A stretch of DNA of 64,000 bases from Felis catus. Lineage: Eukaryota. The position numbers and the translations under genes were made by a program. Positions within the stretch are counted from its first letter, which is position 1; every line of letters starts with the position of its first letter. The stretch spans positions 558,001 through 622,000 of the forward strand of contig NC_058383.1 of the NCBI RefSeq assembly GCF_018350175.1. The letters are read 5' to 3'. Positions 33,521 through 47,339 of the stretch are shown in pieces. The notes under the pieces were generated by a model that did no database searches, was not told the DNA's origin, and saw only the letters and a list, made by a program, of their open reading frames with translations.

Positions 33521-36500
33521 GCTTCCTTCCGCCCAGCGTCCAGGTGGCGTGGGGTGCGGGTGTCACTGGTGCGAGAGGTACAGTCCCGACTGTTTCGGAA
33601 GAGACACCCAGGCTCTAAAGAGGGCAGCACTCCCCCCTGCCCCGCCTCCCTTCCCTCCACACTGCAGGGATGGTGGCCCTTTTAGAGCAGGGACACTGAC
33701 CGGCGGGGGGTGGGGACACGATGCCCCGAAGGGCCAGGCTGCCTGCGGCCCTCCTTGGGTGGTCCTCAGCCCTCCAGGCATCCCCCACCCCACCCTGCAC
33801 CAGGCCGGCCTGGGAGGGGCCGCTCTGTCCCGGCCCGCTTGGCCCCTGACCCCTGCCGGCTGGTGCCCCCCCCCCCCACCGGGGAGGGAGCGCCGGAGCT
33901 CAGGGCTCACACCTGTGCTCTGAGTGACCCCGGCAGTGTCCTTCCTCCCTGGGGACAAGGGCTGTGGGCCCAGCAGAGGGAGAGCTTGACACCCCTCCCT
34001 GTCTGTGACTGCCGGGAGGCTATTTTCATCTGTGGCTGTTTTTCTCGACAGGAGAGAGCAAAGTACGGAGGATAATCTTATCCTTGTCCTGCGGTGACCC
34101 TTGGGAGACCTGGGGTGGGGGGAGGCCTGGTGACCTCTGCGGCCCAGGCTCCCCTCTGGGGGGACCAGGGGAGCGGCGTGTGGGTCCCCCGGCTTCCTGA
34201 GCTCCTACTATGCGCCTGCCGGCGGGACGTCGGAAGGACAGGAGAGAGACCAGGCCCGAGGCCCAGGGGAGCCAGCCCGGGGCTGCGGATGGCTTCACCT
34301 CTCTGAGTGCCTGTGGTCTCAGGTGACGGGGGTGATGCCTGGGAAGCAGTCAGCACAGAGCCGGCGAGTGTCTCACTGCCGGGGTGCGGAGAGGGCCGCG
34401 TGCGGTGACGCGGGCACACACCTTATGCCCGGCGCTCAGCTCGGGGCGTTTCTGCCTGCAGCTCAGAGCTCCCCGCCCCCCCAGCCACAGGAGCCCTGGG
34501 TGGGGGAGCACAGGCAGCGTGGCCCCACACGTGCGGGCGAGGGGTCCCTCCGCACCCCATGTCACCAGCTCCAGTCTCCCCGGGACGGCGCCGCGCTCCG
34601 CCCTTCAAGCCTTCACGTGCAGCTAAGATCACAGCGTGTGCCCTGTGAACGCAAAACAGAGCCACCCAGCCCCTACGACCCAAACTCTGGTCTACACTAG
34701 GGTTATCTCTGGATCCCCTGAAGCTGACATTCTGGAAGTGTTTTATCAGAGACAACCTCTCTGTCTCTAAGACAGACGCCCTGAGACGCGTTCCTTCCAC
34801 AGCAGACATTCACCACGCACCTGCTATGTGTGATGCGTGAGGAGCACCATCCCTGCCCTCACAGAGTTGACCTCCCGGAAGGTGGAGACGGACAACACGG
34901 AGGAAGGGGTTTACCTGCCTGCTGATGGCCTTGGCCAGAAGCTCTCAGCTGCAGGGTGGGGGGACTCGACCCAACCTGGCTTGCCCGGTGGGCAGCCTTC
35001 AGGAGAGGTCTGGTCGAGGACGCGGCTCTGTGTGTTAGTGGCCCTCTCTCCCTCGGTGTCTTCCTTCAGCTGAGGCCTCACGGTGACGAGACGACTGCCA
35101 GAAGCAGCTGGGGCTCCCTCGTTCACACCGAGCAAGCTCCGTCTCAGAGCACTGCCCTTGCCCCGAAATGGTGCCATGGCGTTCTTGTGTCCCATGCTCC
35201 ACGCGCCCCTCTGCCAAGACCTCGAGCCCAGAGCTCCCTCCTGAGCCCCAGACTCCACTCAGCACCTCTGCCTGGGTGTCCGACAGACAAGTCTAACTTA
35301 ACACGGCCAAGACCAGCCCCTGGCTCGGCTGCGTGCTCTGTCCCTGGGGACACCGTCCTTCTGGCCGCTCAGACCACAGCCTGCGAGCCAACCCTGAAGC
35401 CCTCTGCCTGTACGTCCGTGTGTCAGGAAATATTGTTGACCCGGCCCTCAAAATGTCTCTGAAACCTGACCAGTGCCTCCCCGAGGTCACCTCCTGGCCC
35501 CAGCCCCCACCTTCCCACAGGAAAACTGTCCCGTGGTCCCAGGCACGCCCCTCCACCCCAGCCAGGGCATCTCCACTCTGCTGCTAGAGTGACACCCTCA
35601 GACGCGTCAGCCTGCCCTCGGCCCCAGCCTTGTCCCGGGGGCTCCAGGGGAAATTAAGTGTGCACTGGGCTCTGGCGGGAATGAAGTGCATGGCCCCTAC
35701 TGCCCGTGCCCACTGCTGCCGCCGAACCCGCCTCGCTGAGCCTTGGGCCCTCCCCTGAGTTACAGAGCCTTGTCCCGACAGATAACAGGTTATAAATAAT
35801 CCTCTCCTCGCCGTGCAGGCTCCCACTGGCAAAGCTGGTGTGTGGGCAGGAAGCAGCCACCCGGGATCTGCCCAGGCCAGGGGCCCACAGCCCCCCACCC
35901 CCCCACGAGATCCCGCAGTTGGGACCACCCAGCTGTCACCTTTCCAAGTGGCTGGTGCGGCCGGGCCGAGAGGCCCCCAAGTGTCTCTGAGGGTCTCTCA
36001 AGGACTATTGAGGACTGTGGGGTCTGGGGTGAGGGCACCTCAGCACCTGGAAAACCCAGGTCCAAGTCCACGCTCTTTCTAGCATGTTCTGTGGGTAAGT
36101 CATGGAGCCACTCTGGGCCTCGGCTTCTCGGGAGTCATAACAAGTCCCAAACCAGGAGGTTAGAACCACAAGGACCACGCACCCCACTGTCTCTGTGGGC
36201 CGGGCACCCGGGGCTGAACCAGCTAGACGGCTCTGGGCGCTTCGGTCCTTGCTCAGGCCGCATGTGTCCTCATGACCCGGCGCCAGGCTTCCCCCCACGG
36301 GGGGACCCCCCAGAGAAAGCGTCCTCAGCACCCCGTCCTCCACAGTACCCTCTGGGTGACCCACGTGGGTGGGGGACCCCAGGGCGCCCTGGGCTTAAGG
36401 GTGGTTTCCAGGGCTAGGCAAGCTCCCGCCACAGGCGCGTGGGGGACTCTTGGACCACGCACCCCTTGCCTCCCAGGAGAAGTTCAGGGGCCTCTCAACC

Positions 36501-38237
36501 AACTCAGCCTCCAGAGAACGGGTCCCTGGGTCTTCCAGACTCAGCGGGAAGCAGTGAACAGGGCCCAGCCAGGCGGGCGGGTTGGGGCCTTGTTTAGCAA
36601 AGGGGGTGCATCCCTTCTGCTGGTGGCTGTGCCTGGGGGCATGGCTTAGCACTTTCCTGAAGGGTCCCCCAAAACATCCACCCACTCAGCTCCCAGGATC
36701 CCCCCGGCCCCCCTGGACGCTGCCCGTGTCTGACAGGAGGCTGAATAAAGCCAGGCTCCCCAAGGGCACCCCTGGGTCCAGGAGCAGAGGAGGAATCCCA
36801 GAAGGCTTCCAGGAGGAGGCACCTGAGCAGAGCCTAGGGCAGCAGCCAGCAGCCAGCAGCAGAGCTGCCCAGGCCAGGGATTCTCCTTCCAGCCGGGCCC
36901 CACCCATCTTATCTCCTCTCCAGGGAGCGATCCCAGGGACCTTCCCGGGAGGGCAGCTGGGCCGCTCCCCTCCCCAGCCCGGCTGCAGTGCTGAGTCAAC
37001 CGTCTGGAATGCACTTCCAATTCCCCCACCACCCCTCCCCCTCCTCGCTGTCCCCATCCTCCTCCTGCCCGTCCTGCGCCTCCAGTGCCAACCCATCCCT
37101 TCCTGACCCAGCCGCACCATTCCGGCCACCAGGCCGCGAGGATGAAGGATGGGCCAGGGACTCCCCAGGGCTCCCTGTCACCCTGGAGGCCAGGGCAGGA
37201 AGGAGGAGGTGCCTTCCCAGGGAGGGGGGGGGGGGGAGTGTCTCCTCAGGGACCTTCCCCAGACCCTCTGGCCCAAGGGGGACGTGCCAGCTCTCGGCAT
37301 CCCGCTCAGCCAGACCCCAGTAGAGATCTGGCCAAACCCACAACGTCCCCACCCTGTCTCCTCTGCACCCCAAGCATTCGTTCTCTCTTCACAGGGCTCC
37401 GGCTTCTGGAAGCGGCTGAACAAGGGCCTCGTCCTTTCCTGGTGGCCTCCCTGGAGGAGGGGGCACCTGGAGGACGAGAAGCTCAGCGTGTCTCTCTGTG
37501 CCACCAGTGGCGGGGACTCGAAGGGACAGCATCCTGTGGGTCCTTACACCCTCTCGGCTCAGCAGCCCCTCTGAGCCTGTAGCTCGGGCCCGGCTTCTGT
37601 GGGCTCCCGTGTCTTGCTGTGGCCCCACAGGGGTTGAGAGCAGGACAGAGTCCAGACGAGGCCTTGCAGCCCTGCCCTGCCTGTGTGCTTCCCAAGGCAA
37701 CCCCTCTCCTCTCCCAGCTCCCCTTCCTCCCCTTCCTTAGCTCACCTGCTGACCCCGGGAGGTGTCCTGAAGGTGGTCAGAGCCCTGCAAGGTTAATCTT
37801 GTGGAAGGGTGGCTGGGTGGAGTCAGCCCCCAGGGCCCGGCGGCGCCCTCCTCTCACGTGCTCAGACACCTGAGGGGCTGGTGGGTGCCTGCACCCCTGC
37901 GTCTGTGTTTGCGAGCTGGGCTCCTCCCAGCTGGAGGCGGGCACCCGTTCGAGCCCAAGCAGCCATGCCTGAGGGCCTCCAAATGTACCTGGGTGCCGGG
38001 CCGAACCTCCAGGCGAGGCGTCCACCTTGGTGGCCTGTTGGGGGCTGGCGCTCTGCTCGGTTCTGCACCTGTCCCAGGAGCAGGAGCGGGGTGCTGGGCT
38101 TACAGCAGGGGTGACCTGGAGGAGGAGGCTGGGCGGGGGCTTTGTTCCCAACAGTGACTCTGCCCTCAGTCTACATCTGCCCGAGCCCCCAGCAGGACCT
38201 CCCAGACACCCTCTACTACCATTCCCCTGTGCGTCCT

Positions 38238-38715
38238 GCCCCGCCCCCCTCCTCCCCAGCCCCCAGCCCTCTCAAAGCCCCGCCCCTCCTTCCTAATGCC
38301 CCCCCACGTCAAAGCCCCCCCTCCTTCCTTGTGCCCCCCGTCAAAGCCCCGCCCCCTCCTCCCCAGCCCTGTCAAAGCCCCGCAACTCCTTCCTTGTGCC
38401 CCCCCCCGTCAAAGCCCCGCCCCTCCTCCCCAGCCCCGTCAAAGCCCCGCCCCTCCTTCCTTATGCCCCCCCCACTCCACCCCCCGTCAAAACCCCGCCC
38501 CCTCCTCCCCAGCCCCGTCAAAGCCCCGCCCCTCCTCCCCAGCCCCGTCAAAGCCCCGCCCCTCCTTCCTAGCCCTGTCAAAGCCCCGCCCCTCCTTCCT
38601 TATGCCCCACCCACCACCGTCAAAACCCCGCCCCCTCCTCCCCAGCCCTGTCAAAGTCCCGCCCCTCCTTCCTAGCCACCCCCCTCCTCCCCCCTCCCCC
38701 AGCCCTATCAAAGCC
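38238..38715. repeat. C-rich minisatellite, ~30-45 bp units with core GTCAAAGCCCCGCCCCTCCT
   Basis: 13 TCAAA-anchored units; about 10 contain CCCGCCCC. Confidence 0.92.
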
Positions 38716-41700
38716 GTGACCCGGCTACGTCTTCTTCATGGAACACAGGAATTCAATTGCCCGCCCATGTAGTGTCTCATGGCCCCACCAGGTTGGGGCT
38801 CCGGGGAGGACGTGGCCATTTGTCATGAGACCCCGGTCCTGACAATGTCTGTGGGACGTGCCAGGGCCCTTGCTTGGCCCACATTCTCCCTGGGTCTCAG
38901 CCTAGAAGCTGAGGTGCCTGGGCGGGTGGCCTCTGCTGTGCCCAGGGCCGTGCAGGGGCTGCGGAGGCCCGGAAGAGGGGGCTGGCCGTGAATCGTGGGG
39001 GCACTGCTCTCCGCACCCCACAGCCTCCCCTCACCAGCCCTGGTGTCGGCCCCGCATGGCGGCAAGGTGACCCCAGAGGAGGAAGCCGGCCGGCTCCCCT
39101 GGGGTGGCGGCCTGGCTGTGCACAGAGGGTCTGTGATCAGCGACAGGGAAAGGTGACAGGGGCGGGCTCAGATCCGGGCTCCAGGGTGGGGGAGACCACG
39201 CCTGAGTGGGAACGGAGGGGCCCCCAGGCGGCTGCCACAGACGTCAGCCCTTCTCCGAGCTCTGTTGCCTCAGTGGGACAGTGGGTCCTGCAGGCTGCTG
39301 GGGGGCTCTCTGTGCTGGGGACCTGGGCGCTCAGCACACGCCTGGCACACGCTCGGTCCTCGGCACACGGCAGTGGCTGTGAGGCTGGCGTGGTGGCTCT
39401 GTGCCAATGCAGCATCCGCCACGTCCGCCACAGGGCCAGCCCCTCCTCAAAGGCAAAAACACTTGGGAGTTGTTGGCTCCCAGGGCCCGGGGAGGCCTGG
39501 AGCAGGACTGTGGGGATGGGCGCCCACCCAGGAGCCCCCTCGGCCCTGGAGGGCACTGGCCTTCTGAGCGAATGAATGAACGAGTGAGGGACGGAGGGAG
39601 GGAGGGAGCCAGGCACGAAGCACCAGCCTCACCTGCTGTCGGCCCCCGTGAGGTGGGCTCCAAGGTCTCCCAGGACCGTCCCCAAGAGGCCTGGAGCCCC
39701 GTACCTCGTGGGTGGCGCTCAGACCTCTCCTGCTCCCCTGCGGCAGCGAGGGGGTCCCCAGCCCCCCAGGGTCAGTGTGAGGTCTGAAGCCAGGCGGTCT
39801 TGTCCACGTTGCCCCTTGGCCAGCCCACAGCCGACATCCCTTTCCCTCCCCAGCACCTCAAGGACCCTCTGGGGGCCCCGTAGTTCAACCCCCTAGTTCA
39901 GGAGCAGCGGCCACCTGAGGGACGGAGACCAGGACCGAAGCTTCCCGCACAGGAAGCTTCAACACCCGCGGGCGGCCTGCATTCCATTCCGGAAGGTTCT
40001 CTGTCTCCTACGGCTCTATCCGGGAGCTGGGAGTTGAGGAACTTCCCTTGGCCCCACGCAGCCCAGGCATCAGCACTTGGGAAGGTGATGGTGGGTGCCC
40101 CGAAGCCCGCGGAAGCTCGCTGGGGGTCCCAACTTGGGCCCCGCCCTGAGGCCAGACACTCCCCATTGGTTCTTGTCATGCCTCACAGATCTCTGGACCG
40201 GCCGCCGTGTGCAAGGCCCAAGTGGATTGTGAAGCAGGACCGACAGGGGTCCCTGGAATTGGAGGTGGGGGCGCAGGAGGAGTGTGAGGGGCAAGCCCTG
40301 GGGAGGGGTGTGGATCTGGGGCAGGTGAAGACCAGGGCTGCCCGGGTCTGGGGGTGGGAGCACCAGGAGAGGAAGGGCTCTGTGCTGGTCTCGGTCTGCA
40401 GGCTCCCTGGGGCCGGTCTGGGGCTGGAGCCTAAGCAGGGAAGCAGGGGGCCGGGAGCTGCTGGGAGGCTGGTGACGCATGAGAGAGGCCTGGACTGGGG
40501 GTGGCCTGGAATGTGTGGGGGTGGCGGGGCACAGCAGCGGGGGCAGCCCCGGCTGGGCGAGGCCCCCCTGCCCCTGGGGCTGCACCTCTCGTCCCCTGGG
40601 ACCAAGGCTCACAGTCCCCAGGGTGTGGCCACAGTCTCAGGCCCGGGGCCCCCCGGGGGTCACTCCTGCCCCTCCTCCAGGCCCCGGATTGCTGAGACTG
40701 TCCCCCGCCACCCTCACCTCTCCAGAGAGGCCACTCACAGAGGCACACACCACAGACGGCAGCTGATGTGGAGAACTCACGCCTGAACTGCTAAATTCGT
40801 CGGGTTTTTCCTGGCAACCTATTTAGTCCTTAGAAAAATGAAACGTGGGTGTTCCTAGGAGTCTCCAGGTATGACCAGGGCTCTGTCCCTCAGAAACACG
40901 AACCATTTGCCGGAGCGCATTTGTAAATCAGCCAAAAGCCGAACACCACACGTTTCCACCTGAGCCGGCAGCTTGGGGGAACCACAGGGGGGTCCAGGGC
41001 CCGGGGGCTCCCGTCCCAGCTCTGGCATTTACTGGGGCTGGTGAAGCGCCCTCTCTCGACTCAGCCTCCCCGCCCCGTCTGAGGCTCCTCGGGGTCCTCG
41101 ACTAGGCAGTTCAGTCCATTCGGATCCAGGCGGTCTCTGCAAGGGCTCACGTGTGGGTTCAGTCGATCATGCGTTCATCCGACAAACGTGTTTGCATGGG
41201 GCTATGTGGGGGACAGCTGTGGAGCAGACCGAGAGGGCCCCTGTGTGGGAAGACACACGGCCTGGTGTAGACTGATGAGCTGGCCCGCAGCCTCGGCCAC
41301 CCCAAGACTGCCCCAGGAGGGCCCCTCCTGCCTCAGGAGGGCCCCCTCCTGAGGACCTGGAGAGACACGAGGCCCAGCACAACGTGGTCTGCCGACCCCC
41401 GGCCAGGGCCCAGTGTTCCTAGGAACTGGGGGAGAGCGGCAATTCAGAAACATGACTGCTTGTTCTTCAAACTCTCCCCCGCTGGGAAGTGGGGCCCGGG
41501 TCCCCTCCCTGAGTCCAGGTGGGCTGGACGGCAGAGAATACGCAGAGATGACGACCCCCAACCCTCACAGCAGGGCCTAAGAGCACCTCCGGCCGGGCGT
41601 TTCACCCCGCTCCTGGCCGTGCAGGGCCCACGGAGGGAGGCCGGCTGTGCAGAAGCTCAGGCCACCCCAGGGGCCGTGGGTTCCGTCCTCGGGGCCCAGC

Positions 41701-44479
41701 AGAGTACCCAGAACAAGGTCAGAGGAACGCCTCAGCAGCTGTCCCCTGCTCATGAGGTCCCCGAGCCCTGGCGTCGGGGAGATGAGACAAGCCACGCTCA
41801 CCGGGCTCTGCCCCATGTCTTAACCTGCACATTCTATGGTGGGTGTTCAGGCCCCCGGGCCTCAGAGGGACACTACACGGAGGAGTCGCGTGTGCAAGGC
41901 CACGTCTGTGACCTCCACAAAGCTGGGTCCCAGAGCAGCTGCTGGGTGGGCGTTCCTCATCTGGGCATCCTCAGGGGCCAGCCCCAGGGAGACGGGGGGG
42001 GGGGGGGGGGGGCTCAACAAACAGAGGAAGGGGGAGGAAGGACACGTGTCCGGCTGGCATGTGCGGGTCGGGCCCCATAGCCGGGAGCCAGACCCATCGG
42101 AGCCACAAGCTCTGGGGTTCACACATCTGGGTAAAGCGGGAGAGCGTGACATCATCGTGAGTGCGTGCGACATGATCGGACGTCCCGTGTAGCAGTAACT
42201 CCACACTGGGGTCTCTCCAGACCGCCTGCTCAGTGGTGTCCACGCAAGGACCCCATTTCATGGCACATCTAATCACACCTCGTACCCCCACTTTGTACAC
42301 CGAACAGTCGAGGCCCTGAACAGGGCAAGTGAAGAAATCTGCCTGGTGCCCCACGGCTCATAAGAAATGGGACCAGGACTCGAGGCAAATTGGATTATAT
42401 TCTAATGACCGTGCGTTCGCAGCCCGACATAGGCTCCCCCGACGCCAGCACGGTGAGGTAGTTCCCCAGAACGTTCCCCAAACACACGCGCCTGATTTCT
42501 CCAATGTAAAGGGAAAAGGAACGTTTGACCGGGGAGGCTGAAAGGGAGGTGTCCAGGGGGATGACACAGGGCTCTGTCCTGGAGGCAGACCTGAGCCCCA
42601 GCTGCAGCAGACTCCCACTGGAGCAGCAGCTTCAACCCCGCGACCTGGGAGGCCGAGTGTGAGCTCTACGCGTGGACTTTAAAATCCTCTGCACCCGCGC
42701 AAGGTCTTTCTTTGTTGAACGATTCCCATGGAAAGGTTCTGAGGGCCTTGGTGGCCCCCAAGCCTGCCGTGGGTCTGAGGTTACTCGGCCCAGATGGAGA
42801 GACTAATTGAAGGTTTCCCTGCCCTTGGAGCTTAAGTTAGAACCAGACTAGCTGACCCCCAGAAGACAGGGGGTGCCCTGCCCAACTGGAGGTGAGGCTG
42901 GGGCAGAGAAGTGAGTCATTGACTTCCTAATTTGGTCACATCCCAGGAGGCAAGAGCCGTCCAAGAGGGGAGAGCGAGGTCAGTGCGGTCAGAGGCGTCA
43001 GGAAAGTCTTCCTGGAAGGGGGTGGGGTCGAGCCACACTCTGGGGAGGCGAGGCCAGACCCCAGGGACCCCGTCTGGATCTGAGTCTCAGAGACCAGAGC
43101 CCCCATGGCCTGCAGCAGCCACAGGAGCCTTTGAATGGCGGGGCCCAGGACCCCCAAGTCGGCCCGGACGGACAGGCTACCGCCAAGGGCGAGAGCCTCC
43201 CAGACGAGGAGTCACCCTCCCCCAGGCACGGCCCGGCAGCCCTGGCCCCGGGAGGGAAGTGCCCGACCTCAAAGTGAGTCACCGCCCGGCTGATTCAGCT
43301 GCCCAGCCGGGCGAGGTGAGGCCGGGCGGACCGCAGCCACGGGCGGCACGGAGGGCCCCCGCTGGCCCCAGCAGGGTGTGCAGGGCGGCCGGGACCTGCC
43401 AGGCTCCTCTCGCTTGTTGGGGTCTTCTCTTGCCACAGGGCTGTGGGGTTCATTACCCCCACTTCACAGGTGGGGACGCTGAGGCTCACAAGGCCCGCGT
43501 CTGGCCCGGAAAAGCCGCCACAGCCGCTCACGCGCAGCAAGAGGGGCTTCTGGACCCAAGGGGGGTCCCTCCTCTGAACCCTCAGGCCAGAGAGCCGGAA
43601 AGGGTGTCTGTGGGGGCGCTGAGCCACTCCCACTGCCGGGAACAGTGAAAGGGGCGCAGAAGGAATGAACTCCTGAAGGAACCTGCGTGGTCACTGCAGG
43701 GATGGCCTCTAACTCTGGCCCGGCCAGGCTGCCCAGCGGTCCCCGAGCCACCTGTCCCCAGCAACCCCCCCCCCCCCCCGAGCCCACCTCAGGTCAGGGA
43801 GGGGATTCTGGACCACTCTGGGCGGGGGATGCGTTCCCAGGCTACTCCAGAGAGGGGCAGGAAGGCCTGGAGAGGTCCAGGGACTGGCCTGTGGCCACAC
43901 GAGTGGCTCTGGGGACTTTCCTCTGGGCGTGTGGGCAGAAGGGCTGGGGCAGGCTGGGGGTGCCGCTTCGAAGTGAAGACTCAGGGAGCTGACCCCCCCT
44001 GGGGCTCCTCTCCTGCTCTGCCTGAGGCCTCGGGAGGAGGCCGCGGGCTCGCGAGGCCGACCCTCCCCGGGCCCTGTCCTCCCTGCTGTCCCGCCAGACC
44101 CCGGGCCCTCTATATCACACGCCACACTTGAGGCTCCTGGGCTCCACGCTGTCCGGGGGCTTCCGACCGTGACCCAGGCCCCTCGGCAGGGTGTCCGGGG
44201 GTGTCTGTGCCCCTCCCCACCCCTGCCCCCACCTCGCCTTCCTCTGGCCTTCTCCTTCCTGCCCCTTAGGCGCCCAGCCTCCGTCTTTCCCTTTTAATCC
44301 AAATACCGGGGATCTGCGTATGCTTTACCCGGTTGCCTCCAGGGTTCACGTCTGGCAGAGCGCGAGCGCAGTCCCACGAGCAGGGTCCTGATGTGGGTGC
44401 AGCCAATGGGCCCGTCGCCCCCGCAGCGCCCGGGGGGGCCGTTTTTCGAGCGGCTCCCTCCCCGCCCCCCGCCAGTTCC

Positions 44480-45560
44480 TCGTTTTGTCCTTTCAAGGAG
44501 GCCACACAGGGCACGTGAGGGCCGCGCCTCTGCTCAGCGCCGTCCTCTGGAGACGCGCCCGGGGTCCTGCTGCCGCGTCAGTGCTCAGTCCCTTTCCGTG
44601 GCCGAGCGGAGTCCGTGGCTCGGTCCCCTGTGGACGGCCAGGTAGCTGGCCGAGCGGGGCCCCAGAGGGAGGCTGCGGGAGCCTCGGCGTGAGGCATCCC
44701 GCGAGCACACACCCGCCTCTCTCCGCCGTGTGACAGCTGTGCCACGTGCTGCTTGGTGCTGCGTGTGGTTCGTTCCTTTCTAAAGACGCCACCGTCGGGG
44801 CGCCTGGGTGGCTCGGTCGGTTGGGCGTCCGACTTCAGCTCGCGGTCCGTGGGTTTGAGCCCCGCGTCGGGCTCTGTGCCGACAGCTCAGAGCCTGGAGC
44901 CTGTTTCCGATTCTGGGTCTCCCTCTCTCTCTGCCCCTCCCCCACTCATGCTCTGTCTCTCTCTGTCTCAAAAATAAATAAACGTTTTTTAAAAAAAAAA
45001 AAAAGACGCCACCGTCTCCCGCACGGCCGCACCGTGGCCCCGCGTGCTGCCGGCACCGGCCGCTGTCGCCACCCTTCGCCCCGGCCGCCCCGATGGGTGT
45101 GCAGTGTGGTCCCCGAGGTCTGCACCCCGCTGGCCGTGCGGCTCTCTCCAGGGCGACGCCCCCTCACGCCCTCGCTGGGTGGCTGTGTCTTACCGTTGGG
45201 TGTCCGCATTTCTTCCCTTTGTGGGACGTGTGGCTGGAAGATTCTCTCCCGTCTGCAGGTTGCCTTTTGGTTTCCTTCACGGGGGCGGCTGGAGGACAAA
45301 TGTTTTTAATTTTCAGGAATTCCAAGTAATCCAATTTCCCTTTTACGGATCGTGCTTTGGGTATCTGATCTCAGAGCAATTTCCTTGCTCGCTCGAGATC
45401 CCAGGATCTTCTCCTGTTTGTGTTTCTGGAAGTTTTAGCCTTCTCTGTTTACGTGGAAGTCTGTGAGCTGTGTCGAGCTAATTTTTGTAGAAGGCGTGAG
45501 ACTCGGGTCGAAGTGTTTTTGGCCCACGGAAGCCAGAGACCGAATCTCCCAGCACCTCCC
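44480..45560 (-). mobile_element. Old LINE-1 (L1M) ORF2-end/3' UTR fragment, antisense, interrupted by a SINE
   Basis: caaatgtttttaattttcaggaattccaag...gagctaatttttgtagaaggcgtgagac...cccagcacc follows the antisense L1 ORF2 consensus; 44530-44620 follows the antisense 3' UTR. Confidence 0.7.
44797..45001 (+). mobile_element. CAN-SINE (SINEC_Fc-type) with perfect 15-bp TSD
   Basis: GGGGCGCCTGGGTGGCTCGGTCGGTT head, CT tract, AAAAATAAATAAAC and A tail; TSD AAAGACGCCACCGTC at 44782-44796 and 45002-45016. Confidence 0.97.
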
Positions 45561-47339
45561 TCCCTCAGCCAACAGTTGGTGTGCTTTTGTGTATGTATCC
45601 CGGTGTTTATCGGGGCCGGGGGTCCACCCGGCTGGGCCCCAGCCACGCCCTGACCGCTTCCGTGCCTCGCGGGGTCCAAGTCAGCCCCCAGAGGAGCAGA
45701 GAGGACCGGGGCCACCGGGGACAGAGAGGCCACCACGGCCCCTGCACCTGGGGGCGGGGGGCGGTGTGGGGCTCCGTCTGCGTGGCCACAGTCCCCAGGC
45801 CACGGAGGGTGGGGGTGACCACACGAGCTCGGACCCCTTCCCGGCAGTGGATGCCGTACGGAGCCCCTGGCACCGCCCTGGGGGCCGCAAGGGGGCAGGA
45901 ACAATCGCCCGGCTTGTTGTCTCAGGCACACAAAAGTACGCTTTCACGAGCCCACAAGCCCGGGTCTGTGCCCGCCTAGTGCCAGAGGGATCGGGCCCAG
46001 GGCCCAGCTGGGGAAGATGCTTCGGGGGCCTCGGCCCCGCGGCAGGCAGCAGGGCGCCCAGCCTCGGAGGAGGGGCCCGAGTGCCGGGCAGCTCAGGTGG
46101 TGGTCGACCCTCGCCTTGGAGATGGGCACAGGGCTCGGCCCCACACCCAGCCAGGCCTCGGTTCGAGTTTCCCGCGGCCGCTGTGACAAAACGCCAGACC
46201 TGGAGGCTCAAAGCCTGTGCCTTCCTTCGGTGGCTCAGTGTGGCCCCAGGCCCAGGCCAGGAAGCAGTCTCAGAGGACGGAGGGAGGATGCTGCTCGGTG
46301 CGGCCTTGCAGACGGGGGCGGAGGAGGGCTGGCGGCTACACAGCCACGAGCAGCAGCCGCCGTCCCCGGCCTCCAGCGGCTCATCTGCGCCACAGGGTCT
46401 CAGGGTTCTTCGCGCCCCTCTGCCTGCGGTGGTCAGGACACGCCCCGTGCCACGGCGCCCCTGACGCCCGTCACGGCCCCGGCCACCAGCGGGACCCAGC
46501 AGCCAGAGCCCTGACCTCGGGGCTGCGCGCTGGGCAGTGACACCCCGCGTCCCCACGAGTGGGAGTCACGTTTCTACTGAAGGTGACTTCAGGACGAGGT
46601 CCTGACAGGCTCACTCCCTCGGGCCACTCGCGGGGGGAGCCCAGGCGTCCCCGGGAGCCTTCCCGCACCAGGACCGAGGCCTCCCTGCACATGGGGCATG
46701 GGGGGCGGCCCCAGGGAGACAGACCCAGCCCCCCCCCGGCCTCCTCCTCTCGGGGGACCCAGGCCAGAACCACCCAGCTAAGCCGCTCCCCGAGGCCCCC
46801 GATGTCTGGGGCTGCCAAACTTGGGGAATTCATTCCGCGGCAGGAGGGAACAGAGAGGCTCTGGGACCCAATGCCCACCCTCTGAGGGGGGTCCCTCGAC
46901 ACGCACCTCCGCCCTGCCCAGGGTCCTTCCCCCAGTCTCCCTCGCTGTTTCCCCCCAAACCCAGCCCCCCAGGCCAGGTTGCTGCCAGCGTGGGGCCCCC
47001 AGGCCGCCTCCCTTGGGGACACTCTGACATCAAATCAGGGCCTTCACGTGCCGAGCCACAGGACGAGGAGGCATTCTAATGGATTTTGGAAGATAAGAGT
47101 TATTTATAGACCTACGTCTCACAGGGTCAGATGTGTGACTTTAACAGAATCAATCGCGGAGAACATTGGGGCCCTGCTGACACAGATAAACAGAGGTCCG
47201 GGGACGTGGATGAAGGTCACAGACATCCGGCCGATTCCCACAGGTCTGTTCCGAGCAGCGGGAGCCAGGGCCCAGGAGGAGGCCGTCCCCAGGTCCGCAC
47301 CAGACCCACAGCCGTGCACACGTCGGCACTGCACCCGGA

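Noticed and set aside
38142..38772. Extensin-like proline-rich ORFs (PSPVKAPP repeats)
   Set aside because: Translation of the C-rich minisatellite; unit lengths vary and break frame; no splice or promoter support.
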